Source: a virus
Taxonomy: Duplodnaviria; Caudoviricetes
Direction: 5' to 3' (one strand)
Virus record (IMG/VR): IMGVR_UViG_3300032328_000581
Location: 1 to 64,000 of that record
Length of the DNA stretch: 64,000 bases
The first letter of the stretch is position 1, and each line of letters starts with the position of its first letter. Both the position numbers and the translations under genes were made by a program. Positions 43,493 to 53,307 of the stretch are shown here, one piece after another. The notes below the pieces were generated by a model. The model ran no database searches. It was not told the DNA's origin and saw only the letters and a program-made list of their open reading frames with translations.

Positions 43493-46400
43493 CTACTCTC
43501 TAAATACAACCCTGTCGATGTTAAAAGATTGGGTTGCGTTAAAGGTACTCGGTGTAAACGTGATTGTCAATTTTGCGGAAGCAGCGTTTAGGGTAGCTAA
43601 AGCAGGGAATGTGTTTGAGATGTACGCCCAACGATCAGTTCGGGTTACTGTAACTGACTTCTCTGTGTATTGAGCTGTAACATCAAGTACCTTTGTTGGG
43701 TCATTTGGAAACGCCGGATCTTGAATTAGTACCGGCAGTACAGATCCTGTAGGTGTATAGAACGTTACCTTAAGCTTATACGTACCTGCAGACAGGGCAT
43801 TTTCTGGCTTAATAGCAATAGAGGCATAATAACCTTGACCTGAAACAACCGGCACAGTTCCTGAAGTTATGCCAAATACCTTAGTAGCGTTAGAGGTTCC
43901 AGCGGTTGTTACTCTACACCAAGAAGTTCCGTGAGTGATTTGGTCACCAAACAAGGACCCCCTAGAAGTTTTTCTAACCAGTGTTGAGTTTTCTGGTACC
44001 CACTTATCTAAGTCATTCTCAAAAGAAGCAGAAGGTATTAAAGACTCTATTAGCTCTGGATATCCCCCGGACTCTAAGCCCGGCTTCACGGCCCAACTAC
44101 TACCATGAGGCATTACTAAAGCAAGTGAGTTGCGTAATCTAGAAAACTTAACCGCATAGTTAGGAAAGTAGGAACTACGGCTAGCGTTAGTGTTTAAAAC
44201 TCTATCTACTAAGTAGGTATTAGAGCTTCCTGATATAGGAACAATTGAGCTAGTAACAGAAGATGGGTTAAGAAAGACGCTAGGGATTTTTCCGTACTCT
44301 GCCTGAACACCGTCAATATGGAAGAACGTTGTTGGGGTTCCTACATAAGTAGCTGGTGGATCAATTTTAATATTTAAAACAAAACTTGTTTCTCCAACAG
44401 CTAGCTGCTTTACTGCAGATATTCTTGTCCATTGATATTTATCTTTTTCAGAAACAAAGGTTGTTGATTGAAAAGAATTACTTCCTAAAGTAATTGTATA
44501 GCTTCCCTCAGCTGCACGAACATAAGCAGATACTACAAAGTCCTCGCCGCCTTTTGCTGGGGATGGAAGAACAACTGTTGTAGATATATTTCCGCCAGTT
44601 GTTGCAACATAAGTTAGCTTGCCCATTTTAGACCCATACTTTGCAGTGTATGTTCCGCTTGTAGGTGTTCCTAAAGTTCCATTAGAATTTTTTACTGGAA
44701 CTATAGTAGACCCTGAAGCAGTATCCATAGTTAAAGTTCCTACATTGGCAGTCCAAGTTGAGATTGTTTCAAAAGAAGGTTCTTGAATGAAGTTATATAC
44801 ATTTTTATACTCCCACAAGCAGTCTCCAGGGAAAAAATACGGTTCAGTAACTGGGGTGCTAGACACCGGAGCACTAGATCCATCAAAAAATGGTAAGGAA
44901 AGAGCCGTAGGCTGTAATAAGCAAGAATCAATGTAAGCAGATTCACCTACAGCGCAGTTTGGAAATATAATAAAAACTTTTACTACAGGGTTTCCAGAAT
45001 CTCGAGTGTATGCGGGAGCAATTGCAGATATAGAAATTCGCGTTCTAACCGGAACTCTTTGTGAGCTCACCAATGTATTAGTTAGGGTTACTTCGTTAGA
45101 TTGCACTGAGTATATAGTTGAGTCGTAGTATTCTCCATCAACATCGCTTAAAATTAAAGTCTGTTGTTCAATAGACTCTCTGTTTGAAAACTCTATTTTA
45201 ATTATTGCTTTATTTATAATTGTTGAGTCGGTACTTACATAGGCGCTAAAGGTGTAGTTTTGACCTGGATCTACAGATATCCAGTCGCTAGCTACATACA
45301 TTTGACTTGAATTTAACGCAGTCAATGCACCAACAGAAGAACCAAAAAATATAGAGTTTGAAGACACAAAAGACTTAGATACAAAGTTTGAGTTACTAGA
45401 GGACAACCAGCCACCCGTACCGTCTTCAAAAGAGGGGTTTGGAACTAGGTTTTCTTTAGATCCTTGAAGGTACACATTTACTTGCTTTGCATCCTCAAAA
45501 GCAAGGCTATATTTAGACTCTGAAAATTGAGTTTTATCTAACAGAACCTTTGTTTCAGAAAGAGTGCTAGGTGTTATTAATAGTTCAATTGATGCGTAAG
45601 CTGCGTCTAGTGGGGATACCCGACCTAATCTTCCTGCAGAAGATCCGGAGGTAAACTCTTTCCAAGAGCTTGAAGAGGTAATGGGTGCGGTTAACGCGGT
45701 AGAGCTAAGGGTCTCTCCAAGGTAATTCCACCAGTTAATCTTTACTGATAGAGTGTAAGAGTTGCCGCTAATTTCCCTAAACCAACCAGTAAATAAATAC
45801 TCTGTATTTCCTTCAACAGGAATTCCTAAAAGAGGCATTTTAGCATTAGCTATTGGTAGTTGCAATGTTGCCGGTGATACTGTAGAGGTGCTTTCCGCAA
45901 CTGTAAATACTCCGAAGCCAACTTCTTTTGGTGGATACAAAGAGTCATTTACCCAAGCTTTAGGTGGAGTAATAGCTGTACTTAAAACTGCTGCCGAGTT
46001 TTCAAATTTTACCGAAGTTTTAGTTCCACGGGTAATGTGCCAGCGACCAGTAGATTCTTCAAAAGAAGAGTCATTGTAGTCCAGCATAAGATTGTGACCC
46101 AGTTTAATTTCAGAGCTTAGGTGTGTAAGTCCAGTAACATAACCAGATACTGCGCCTTTTGTTCCTTTAACAGAGTTAATTACGTTTCCTGCTCTGTACA
46201 GGGATCGATGATAGCTGTCGCCCAAAGCAGGTTCATAATTAAAGCCTAGATCTAAAATTTGTGATTCTAAAAGAGCGCTGGGGATTGCGTTTGACGATGA
46301 TTTAGATATTAACTCAGCTTCAGCATTTAGCTTGTCATACATAAAAGTATAGGCTGAGAGTGTTCTAGAAAGGTCGTTAGTTTCAGCTTCGCCAACGGCA

Positions 46401-46858
46401 TCTCCAATACCATTATTTGTATTAAACCAGATACGTGGTAGCCAGTTAATTAATTTAGATAACGTGTCTGTTTCTTGCGTTACAATTATGTTGGTATCTC
46501 CGCAAAAAATCCAACGCTTTACCCCTTGAGTGCCACCAAAAACCCAAATTGAGTAGTTAACTTCGCGGTTGTCGGTTGATACGTCATTGTCAATATACGT
46601 AGTTCTAAACGCAGAAATTACATCTCCATCTAAATAGATTCCCTCAAATGGGGTGTCAGGAACACCTGAGAATCCTCGAACAACTCTCCAATGGGTAGGC
46701 TCTTCATCCTCGGGCGCAGGGGTGATAGATCCCCAAGCCAAGGATATAGAGTTAAAGTTATACGACCATGATCTAATCCCTGAGGCATAGTAAGTCCTAC
46801 TTACTTCACGCTCACCGTACTTGGATATACCATACGTCGCAATACTATATTTTGCCAT
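43493..46858 (-). CDS. Baseplate wedge/tail protein (P2 gpI-like domain plus repeated carbohydrate-binding-like modules)
   Basis: LPRIW...KGTKGAV tail-I region; repeated NLxxNPSFE beta-sandwich starts. Confidence 0.75.
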   Translation of the reverse strand: MAKYSIATYGISKYGEREVSRTYYASGIRSWSYNFNSISLAWGSITPAPEDEEPTHWRVVRGFSGVPDTPFEGIYLDGDVISAFRTTYIDNDVSTDNREVNYSIWVFGGTQGVKRWIFCGDTNIIVTQETDTLSKLINWLPRIWFNTNNGIGDAVGEAETNDLSRTLSAYTFMYDKLNAEAELISKSSSNAIPSALLESQILDLGFNYEPALGDSYHRSLYRAGNVINSVKGTKGAVSGYVTGLTHLSSEIKLGHNLMLDYNDSSFEESTGRWHITRGTKTSVKFENSAAVLSTAITPPKAWVNDSLYPPKEVGFGVFTVAESTSTVSPATLQLPIANAKMPLLGIPVEGNTEYLFTGWFREISGNSYTLSVKINWWNYLGETLSSTALTAPITSSSSWKEFTSGSSAGRLGRVSPLDAAYASIELLITPSTLSETKVLLDKTQFSESKYSLAFEDAKQVNVYLQGSKENLVPNPSFEDGTGGWLSSSNSNFVSKSFVSSNSIFFGSSVGALTALNSSQMYVASDWISVDPGQNYTFSAYVSTDSTIINKAIIKIEFSNRESIEQQTLILSDVDGEYYDSTIYSVQSNEVTLTNTLVSSQRVPVRTRISISAIAPAYTRDSGNPVVKVFIIFPNCAVGESAYIDSCLLQPTALSLPFFDGSSAPVSSTPVTEPYFFPGDCLWEYKNVYNFIQEPSFETISTWTANVGTLTMDTASGSTIVPVKNSNGTLGTPTSGTYTAKYGSKMGKLTYVATTGGNISTTVVLPSPAKGGEDFVVSAYVRAAEGSYTITLGSNSFQSTTFVSEKDKYQWTRISAVKQLAVGETSFVLNIKIDPPATYVGTPTTFFHIDGVQAEYGKIPSVFLNPSSVTSSIVPISGSSNTYLVDRVLNTNASRSSYFPNYAVKFSRLRNSLALVMPHGSSWAVKPGLESGGYPELIESLIPSASFENDLDKWVPENSTLVRKTSRGSLFGDQITHGTSWCRVTTAGTSNATKVFGITSGTVPVVSGQGYYASIAIKPENALSAGTYKLKVTFYTPTGSVLPVLIQDPAFPNDPTKVLDVTAQYTEKSVTVTRTDRWAYISNTFPALATLNAASAKLTITFTPSTFNATQSFNIDRVVFRE

Positions 46859-46867
46859 GTTTTAAGT

Positions 46868-47431
46868 TTACATCCCTGCAAATAAGAATGGGCTAATTGA
46901 TGCCGCATTAGCTATAGCTGTTGCTGTAGCGGCTTGAGCAGCGGCTGCAGAAATAGAGTTAGTTAAGGCAACATAGTCTGTACTTGTATTATACAGGACG
47001 TTAAAGGTTCCTACTTTAGGTTTGCCGGTGTTATCTACGTTAAATCCTAGAGCGGTTGATGAGTCTCGAGTTTCAAATAGGTTAAATAAGTTTCCAGTAC
47101 GAGCAGTTATAGTTAGACCAGTTCGTCCAGCAGTAGGAGAAATATTGTCTCCTGTTTTAGCTACATAGTTTGCGGAGCTTCCTGTTCCGTTTACTAGTCC
47201 AGCCTCAATATTTTTTAGTCTAGCGCCTAAAGAGTTCCAGTTAATGTCTTGAACAAACGTTCCAGAATAGTTAGAAACTAAGATGCTTGTATCATTTACG
47301 GCAGCACCAAGAGACGTTTCTATAGCGCGAACCTCATCTTGAATGACGTTTACGTGGTCAGCTAAAACTGTATCTTGGATATCAATTTTATTCTGTAATT
47401 GGCGTACTGAGGACGGGAAGGAAGCGGTCAT
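46868..47431 (-). CDS. Virion structural protein (fibre-associated)
   Basis: ASFPSS...ADHVNVIQDEV..IE..LG; C-terminal SPFLFAGM. Confidence 0.6.
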   Translation of the reverse strand: MTASFPSSVRQLQNKIDIQDTVLADHVNVIQDEVRAIETSLGAAVNDTSILVSNYSGTFVQDINWNSLGARLKNIEAGLVNGTGSSANYVAKTGDNISPTAGRTGLTITARTGNLFNLFETRDSSTALGFNVDNTGKPKVGTFNVLYNTSTDYVALTNSISAAAAQAATATAIANAASISPFLFAGM

Positions 47432-47446
47432 TTTTTACCTATCTCT

Positions 47447-48994
47447 TTAGATGTTAATTCCGCCAGATACCGTGATTAACAGGTTAGCTGGAATCAGGTA
47501 CGGAATTTGGTTTGGGTCTAGGATTATGTCTTGGGCGGAAGATCCGCCGTCAACGTTTAGCTTTGTTACCGATACTGAGGTTATGCCAGTTAACGGAGAC
47601 AATGCTGAGATAATTGAAGAAAGGGATATATTTCTAGCGAACGTATTTTTTTCATAGGAGAAAAGTCCGGTATCACCAGAAAGAAGCGCCTTGTACACAT
47701 CTAAACGCGCAGTACTTTGCTTATACGTGTCCTTTATTAAGACAGTGACTTCTAATCGCAACGGCATGTATTGTGGGGGCAATACGTTTAGGGTTACGCC
47801 TACAGGGATTTTGTCATCCATATAGAGCTCTACGTCTCTTTTAAGGCTGGTCCAAGAAGGAGTTACAGCTCCTGAAATTATGCCCGGGGTAGCGCTACCA
47901 TCATTTTGTACTTGAAGGTATACGTTAACTAAAGAGTACACTGAGGAAGCGGCGTTTGTCTTTCCTACTAAAGGAACTAGTGATGAAAGGTACTTGTAAT
48001 CATTTAGGGTTACCGCACGGTTTCGTGAAATAATAGCGTTTTTAATTTTAGATCTAATTTGTGTTTGGCTATCTGCGTCCGCACCTCCGGTTGCGGCTGT
48101 AGCATTGTTTACAGTAAAGAATGAAACTGCTTCTGGATCAATATTTCCAGGAATAAATGAAACTTCACTTACTGCTCCTGAAATTACGTTTCCATAACGA
48201 CCTACGCTGATCTTGTAGGTTGCGCTAATAGCCTGTGAAGCAGGTGGGATAGACCCATTAATTCCGTCACCAAAAAGTACGTTTAGAGTTCCATCTGTAT
48301 TTTGGTTTGCTGTAAATACCAAGTCATTTGGACCATACTCTACAAGGTTATCTACATACTGCCAAGGCGCAAATGCGACTCCCTGTCCTACGTAAACAAC
48401 TAGAGACGCGTCAATAATTCCGCTTTCAAGAATTTGAAAAGACTGGTTAGCGCTTCCAGTTGACGTACCAATACTAGAAGGCAGTGGTTTATGAAATACG
48501 GGATCAATATAGTCTTCTTTATCAGTGTTTACTGTTTTTCCCTCAACACAAACAACGTTTACTGTAGCATTTGGTGCAATTGCTGTAAAAGGCTGGGTAG
48601 TTTCAAAGTATGCTTGAGAAAAAGGTCCGTAGTTTAACGGAGCCATTACTTGAGTTCCGACAGGCAAACTTATTGGGGCATCGCTGTCATTTGTAAAGGA
48701 CACGGTTACAGTGGCCGGGGTTGGACCTGAAGGGCGATACCCATATAAAGATGCAAAATTTAACAGGGTTTCTGTTTTTACAGCGGTTTCTACCTGAGTT
48801 TCATTAGCAACTCGGTCAATGTAATAGGACATAATGTCCCCCATATAAGCAAAAGCTTCTAGCAAAGCATTTCCTAGGTCCGAAGGGTCGTTAGGATTCC
48901 AAGCGCCGCCTGTTTTTAGGTTTACTAGGCTTATTAATTCGTTTTTTAGGGCTGCGTAATCCCTAGAAGTGTAGTCAATTTGAATTTCACTCAT
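47447..48994 (-). CDS. Baseplate wedge protein (T4 gp6/gpJ-like)
   Basis: IDYTSRDY, LLEAFAYMGD, FGDG, GGAD and RAVTLNDY. Confidence 0.9.
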   Translation of the reverse strand: MSEIQIDYTSRDYAALKNELISLVNLKTGGAWNPNDPSDLGNALLEAFAYMGDIMSYYIDRVANETQVETAVKTETLLNFASLYGYRPSGPTPATVTVSFTNDSDAPISLPVGTQVMAPLNYGPFSQAYFETTQPFTAIAPNATVNVVCVEGKTVNTDKEDYIDPVFHKPLPSSIGTSTGSANQSFQILESGIIDASLVVYVGQGVAFAPWQYVDNLVEYGPNDLVFTANQNTDGTLNVLFGDGINGSIPPASQAISATYKISVGRYGNVISGAVSEVSFIPGNIDPEAVSFFTVNNATAATGGADADSQTQIRSKIKNAIISRNRAVTLNDYKYLSSLVPLVGKTNAASSVYSLVNVYLQVQNDGSATPGIISGAVTPSWTSLKRDVELYMDDKIPVGVTLNVLPPQYMPLRLEVTVLIKDTYKQSTARLDVYKALLSGDTGLFSYEKNTFARNISLSSIISALSPLTGITSVSVTKLNVDGGSSAQDIILDPNQIPYLIPANLLITVSGGINI

Positions 48995-49407
48995 TGTGTA
49001 ATACCAACCGTCCCATCGTTTCCAAAAATTGCTGTTGATGTAGTTAAACTGACTTGTTCATCCCCAGGAACTAAAATAACAACTTTAATTTCGCTAGTTC
49101 CATTTTCTTCGGGAGGGCTAACCTCTATCTGTTGAATTTTAACACCCCTTAGCCAGGTATTAATTGCTTCTCTTACGGCGTCCTCAACAGCTTTTCTAAA
49201 AGACATTACTTCTCCGCCGTCATGTATGTACTCATTTTCAAATAAGGCGCGTTTTAGATCAACCCCATAATTTTGTTGCATAGGGCGCTGCCCTATTGCT
49301 GTGCTCATTAGGGTCGCTAGGCGGTCTAAGTAGATCTTGCCGCTAGATGTTGCGGCTAAAATTTCTCCCGAAACATCTACGGTATATGGGTAGGCAATAG
49401 CTCTCAT
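48991..49407 (-). CDS. Baseplate wedge subunit (gp25/gpW-like)
   Basis: T..GQRPM...YG...LFE pattern. Confidence 0.8.
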   Translation of the reverse strand: MRAIAYPYTVDVSGEILAATSSGKIYLDRLATLMSTAIGQRPMQQNYGVDLKRALFENEYIHDGGEVMSFRKAVEDAVREAINTWLRGVKIQQIEVSPPEENGTSEIKVVILVPGDEQVSLTTSTAIFGNDGTVGITQ

Positions 49408-49910
49408 TAAGACCTAACTCCAATCCATATAGGGAATTCAGGGTCTCCGGCAATATACATGACCCAAACTTCTTGATATTTTCTAGGAACAATTCTATGC
49501 GGTGTATGTTCATCTGTAACGTTAGTCTCTTGTGGATCTGATGTTGCTTTTCGATCATGATCCAAAGAGCTGGCCCCAGCCTTAGCCACAATAGTCAATG
49601 CAGGTATTGAATGGCTGTGAGAATCCAATCCCCCGCCACTTCCGGTACTACTTGATTGTGTGGTTAGCAGGGCGGCAATTGCTTCCGCCGTATGCTCTTT
49701 ATGATCCGGATGATTGGCGTTGCTCGTTACAGGTAGGCAAGCCTCAGCCCAACCTGTTTTAGACCCGCCAGTAGGTTGATTTACAGAAATCTTTATACGA
49801 CTCTTTTTTAGTGGGTCGTTAATGTCTAAAACCTTACCTATATATACCCCATAAAATCTTGGGCGTCCAAGAGGGTCCGCCCCATACACATTGTTGCTAT
49901 AGTCATTCAT
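49407..49910 (-). CDS. Baseplate spike (gp5/gpV OB-fold)
   Basis: YGVYIGKV....DPL...RI, WA..C and VWVMYIAGDPEFPIWIG. Confidence 0.85.
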   Translation of the reverse strand: MNDYSNNVYGADPLGRPRFYGVYIGKVLDINDPLKKSRIKISVNQPTGGSKTGWAEACLPVTSNANHPDHKEHTAEAIAALLTTQSSSTGSGGGLDSHSHSIPALTIVAKAGASSLDHDRKATSDPQETNVTDEHTPHRIVPRKYQEVWVMYIAGDPEFPIWIGVRS

Positions 49911-50506
49911 TATACTATTTTATTACCCCTCTTTGCAGACCATGACACCGTATTTTTTACGCCCTTAAGTGATGGTGGTTTTATTAGGTAAGGGTTAGTA
50001 ACTAAAGTAGAAAATGAATTTGATGGCTGGGTTACATTTGGCCCTACCCCATCGTAATCAATCTCTTGAAGTTCAGAGCTATTTGGAGAAAGAGATATCT
50101 CAGTTAATTGGGACTCAGCTATAGTCAATGACTGTCCAGAAAGTTCGCTTTCTACATCTCTATACTGAACGGCTTTTCCAGCGTTGGGGTTTACGTCCCC
50201 AAGAGTTTCGGCGCCAACAACCAAGTCAAGTACATAATAAGCTCGACGATCATTAAAATTGTGAGAAACAGACAGCACAGTCCAGTACCCAGAAAGATCA
50301 TTAGGAAGGTTATCTAAATAGATTGGGTCATATGGCCTAATATCTGAGTTGCCTATAACAGTGACTTCCATAGTATATTGGTACCTGCTGGTGTTACTTA
50401 AGGCATTTGCTAAAAGTTTTGAGTCATTTACGTTAGAAACCACTTCATAGGGATAGTGTTTTTTAAACGATGCTTTAGTATTTTTTTTAGAAAAACTTGC
50501 TGTCAT
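49910..50506 (-). CDS. Baseplate hub (gpD/gp27-like), C-terminal part
   Basis: VIGNSDIRPYDPIYL...SGYWTVLSVSHNF. Confidence 0.7.
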   Translation of the reverse strand: MTASFSKKNTKASFKKHYPYEVVSNVNDSKLLANALSNTSRYQYTMEVTVIGNSDIRPYDPIYLDNLPNDLSGYWTVLSVSHNFNDRRAYYVLDLVVGAETLGDVNPNAGKAVQYRDVESELSGQSLTIAESQLTEISLSPNSSELQEIDYDGVGPNVTQPSNSFSTLVTNPYLIKPPSLKGVKNTVSWSAKRGNKIV

Positions 50507-51345
50507 AGGAAGTAATCCTCACTTGGTTTTACCGCACCTTTTTGAGGTGTTTTTTTATTTACGTGAGGATGTACAGTCTTAATAGTTTGTCTACCATTTT
50601 GGCTTTTTCCACTTATTACCCTGTCAACCTTAACCCCTGCCTCAGGGGAGGCGTCACTAATTACAGGCTTAAAGTAAAGTATTGAACCCAATGCCCTTTC
50701 TAAGGCATTTATAGCGCCATTTACTGGGCTATCCACATAGTAAAAATATGGAGCTTGGCTTTTTTTACTTGCGGTTATCTTATCTTTAGAGCAAAACGTA
50801 ACAGTAGTATTCTCTGCACGTAAGGCAAATCCGGTCTGTTTAGCTAAACTTCTAAATAATTGCCAATATGTTTGCCCAGATTGAACTATAGCTTTTCTTA
50901 CTCTAGGGTCCCGTTGAACCGTAGAAGATAGGCCAAATCTTTGGCATATTTTTGAGACTACTTGATCTGCAGTAACATTGGTGTGAATTTCTTGGGTGCT
51001 ATCTTTTAGGCATGCTGACGCTGAAATGCACTTAATTATAGTTTGATTTACGCCTTCAATACCGCCTGTTTGATAAATCCTATCAACTTTTCCTACAAAT
51101 ACTGATTTAATCTTTCCAGATCTATAAGTAAACTTTACAGGGTCCCCGTACGCAATCTGTGTTTCTTTTCGATTTGGTTTTCCTTTAATTCTAAGTATAA
51201 GCAAGTCATGCTCTTCTATTGATTGCTTTAATTCTGCACTCATAATTAAAAAGTCAAGTGATTTTAGGTTAGGAAACTCAACTTTATAAGATGCGCTATA
51301 AACATCGGGTCTCCAAATATAGGCAGGAAGTACAAGATTACTCAT
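50503..51345 (-). CDS. Baseplate hub (gpD/gp27-like), N-terminal part
   Basis: FVGKV, TADQVV..I and QSGQTYWQLFRSLA...G. Confidence 0.75.
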   Translation of the reverse strand: MSNLVLPAYIWRPDVYSASYKVEFPNLKSLDFLIMSAELKQSIEEHDLLILRIKGKPNRKETQIAYGDPVKFTYRSGKIKSVFVGKVDRIYQTGGIEGVNQTIIKCISASACLKDSTQEIHTNVTADQVVSKICQRFGLSSTVQRDPRVRKAIVQSGQTYWQLFRSLAKQTGFALRAENTTVTFCSKDKITASKKSQAPYFYYVDSPVNGAINALERALGSILYFKPVISDASPEAGVKVDRVISGKSQNGRQTIKTVHPHVNKKTPQKGAVKPSEDYFL

Positions 51346-51619
51346 TTGGCACCCTAATTACTGTTCCTGGAGCTATATTAAACGGGTCTAAAATTTCAGG
51401 GTTTATATCCATAATTTCCCACCAGTACTTAGTTCCACCACAATATGTTGCAGCTAAAGCGGCTAAAGAATCAGTAATAACCCATGTGTGGTTAAAGTAG
51501 GTTACTTCTTGATTGTCTGGCCATAACCTAAAAACAGCAATTTGAAATTTAGATTCGGGCCCAGAGGTGATCTGCGCTAAAGTACCGTCGTAGTATCTAG
51601 ACACTCTTTCAATAGGCAT
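51338..51619 (-). CDS. LysM-like tail X / gp53-like baseplate protein
   Basis: SRY, DSL..LA..Y....WWEIMDINP and PGTVIRVP. Confidence 0.85.
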   Translation of the reverse strand: MPIERVSRYYDGTLAQITSGPESKFQIAVFRLWPDNQEVTYFNHTWVITDSLAALAATYCGGTKYWWEIMDINPEILDPFNIAPGTVIRVPNE

Positions 51620-53307
51620 TACTCATCCGCTTCCTCTACGGCCCCAGCACCACCGTAGCGTTTCTTAAATGTCTCTAGAACGTCACCATTTAGGTCGTCT
51701 GAGAGTTGAACTATAGCTGGGTATCTGTTTATAGTTAAGGTTACTGTGCTGAGGACGGGCACCATTCTTCTATCAAACTGACGATGTTCTACCTCTAAAT
51801 TTGATACTGCCCCAAAAATTTTATAACTATTATGAAGATGTAGCCATACCGGAGTTTGTTTTAAAAGTCCGCTATCAGAGGTTAATCCAGGATAGCCAAG
51901 TAGAGGGTCTTGTCCTGTAGTTGTACTAGGGTCTCCATTACATACTCGATATAAAAACTCAATGTCATACTCAGTTCCGCGATTTAATATACCTTGTTTA
52001 GCTACTTCACTTAGTGCAGGAGTATATGGAGATTTAGTTGGGCTATTGGTACTTTGAAGCTCAGTCATATCTGCTAAACGATTTAGTAGCAAGGTTACCT
52101 TAACAGACATATTTCCTGTTATAAGAATCGCGACATCTTGAATGTTTGTGTAATCAAACGGTGATCCACTAACGCCGTAACTAATTGTTTCTGGGTTATA
52201 CATAAATCTAAATCCCCAAAGCTCACCTTTTTTAGATACTTCTGGGTTTGTATTTACAGCTAATGCGCTGTTTTTATCCTGGTAAATTCTTCCCAATTCT
52301 GGGGCAGTGCTAAGCCGGTTAACCACACCTTTTTTGTCTGTCCATTCAAAACTTCTTGGATTACCCTTTGTAGATTTATGAAAAGGGGGGTTCCATCGCT
52401 CGGGATTTTTAGGTTCTTTTGGAGATACGTTTCCTCCGCTGCCTCCGCCGCCTTTGTCTTCTTTTGGAACTTTTACATTTGTAACTTTTCCACTTACAAT
52501 TGCGTCAATAAGAACCGCCATAGCTGCTTTGTATGCGGGTCCTTTGCTTCCATTTATAAATTTTTTAGGGTCTTTTCCAATTTCAACTTCTTTAACTTTA
52601 GTACCATTTGCGCCAGGGTTGTAGTACAAAGCAAAGTACGTAGTTTCTTGTGTAGTAGTGTTTACAACTCGTTTTATTCCAACATACTGTTTTAAATCAA
52701 CATCATAGTGGATATTTTGAGTTTGTCGTATAGGAGCTGCTCCAGCGTACTCAAGATCTAGTTCCGCAATAAGCCCTTTTGGAATTGCGGGAAAAGCCTC
52801 AGCTTTTGTAAAATGAACCGTTTGAACCCCTTTAAAGTCTTTACCATCAATATTTCTTCTAGGTATTAACACACCATTTGCAGGAAAACCAGGAGCACCC
52901 TTATGTGTTACTGTAAACGATGGAGTAATTAGATACGGAAATTTAAGGGCCCGTAAATTTAATACAAACTTGTTAATTTGAGCCGTAAAGTACAGGTTAT
53001 TCCAAGTTTCAATTCCATTAAGAATGTCATTTACTGGGTTTGCGGGAACGGTTGCTTTTACTACCCTAACTTGATCGTCATTTAGTTGAGTAACGGTAGT
53101 GCCATCTTTTTTATAGGCTTTTATTACCCACTGTAATTGACTTTGGCTTCCAAGCTGATTTCCAGCTTGATCTGTTGGAGACACCTGAACATTGCCGCTA
53201 TCTTTAAAATCTATAAAGTTAATTTTAGCGGTTTGAGTTTCTATATTTACCCATACGCCATTTAAGTGCTGTTGTAAGTAAACGTTATAGTAATAATCTA
53301 CGGCCAT
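51619..53307 (-). CDS. Tail-tube initiator/baseplate protein
   Basis: C-terminal GFRFMYNP..I, GTEYDIEFL and FDRRMVP; position after the tape measure gene. Confidence 0.65.
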   Translation of the reverse strand: MAVDYYYNVYLQQHLNGVWVNIETQTAKINFIDFKDSGNVQVSPTDQAGNQLGSQSQLQWVIKAYKKDGTTVTQLNDDQVRVVKATVPANPVNDILNGIETWNNLYFTAQINKFVLNLRALKFPYLITPSFTVTHKGAPGFPANGVLIPRRNIDGKDFKGVQTVHFTKAEAFPAIPKGLIAELDLEYAGAAPIRQTQNIHYDVDLKQYVGIKRVVNTTTQETTYFALYYNPGANGTKVKEVEIGKDPKKFINGSKGPAYKAAMAVLIDAIVSGKVTNVKVPKEDKGGGGSGGNVSPKEPKNPERWNPPFHKSTKGNPRSFEWTDKKGVVNRLSTAPELGRIYQDKNSALAVNTNPEVSKKGELWGFRFMYNPETISYGVSGSPFDYTNIQDVAILITGNMSVKVTLLLNRLADMTELQSTNSPTKSPYTPALSEVAKQGILNRGTEYDIEFLYRVCNGDPSTTTGQDPLLGYPGLTSDSGLLKQTPVWLHLHNSYKIFGAVSNLEVEHRQFDRRMVPVLSTVTLTINRYPAIVQLSDDLNGDVLETFKKRYGGAGAVEEADE

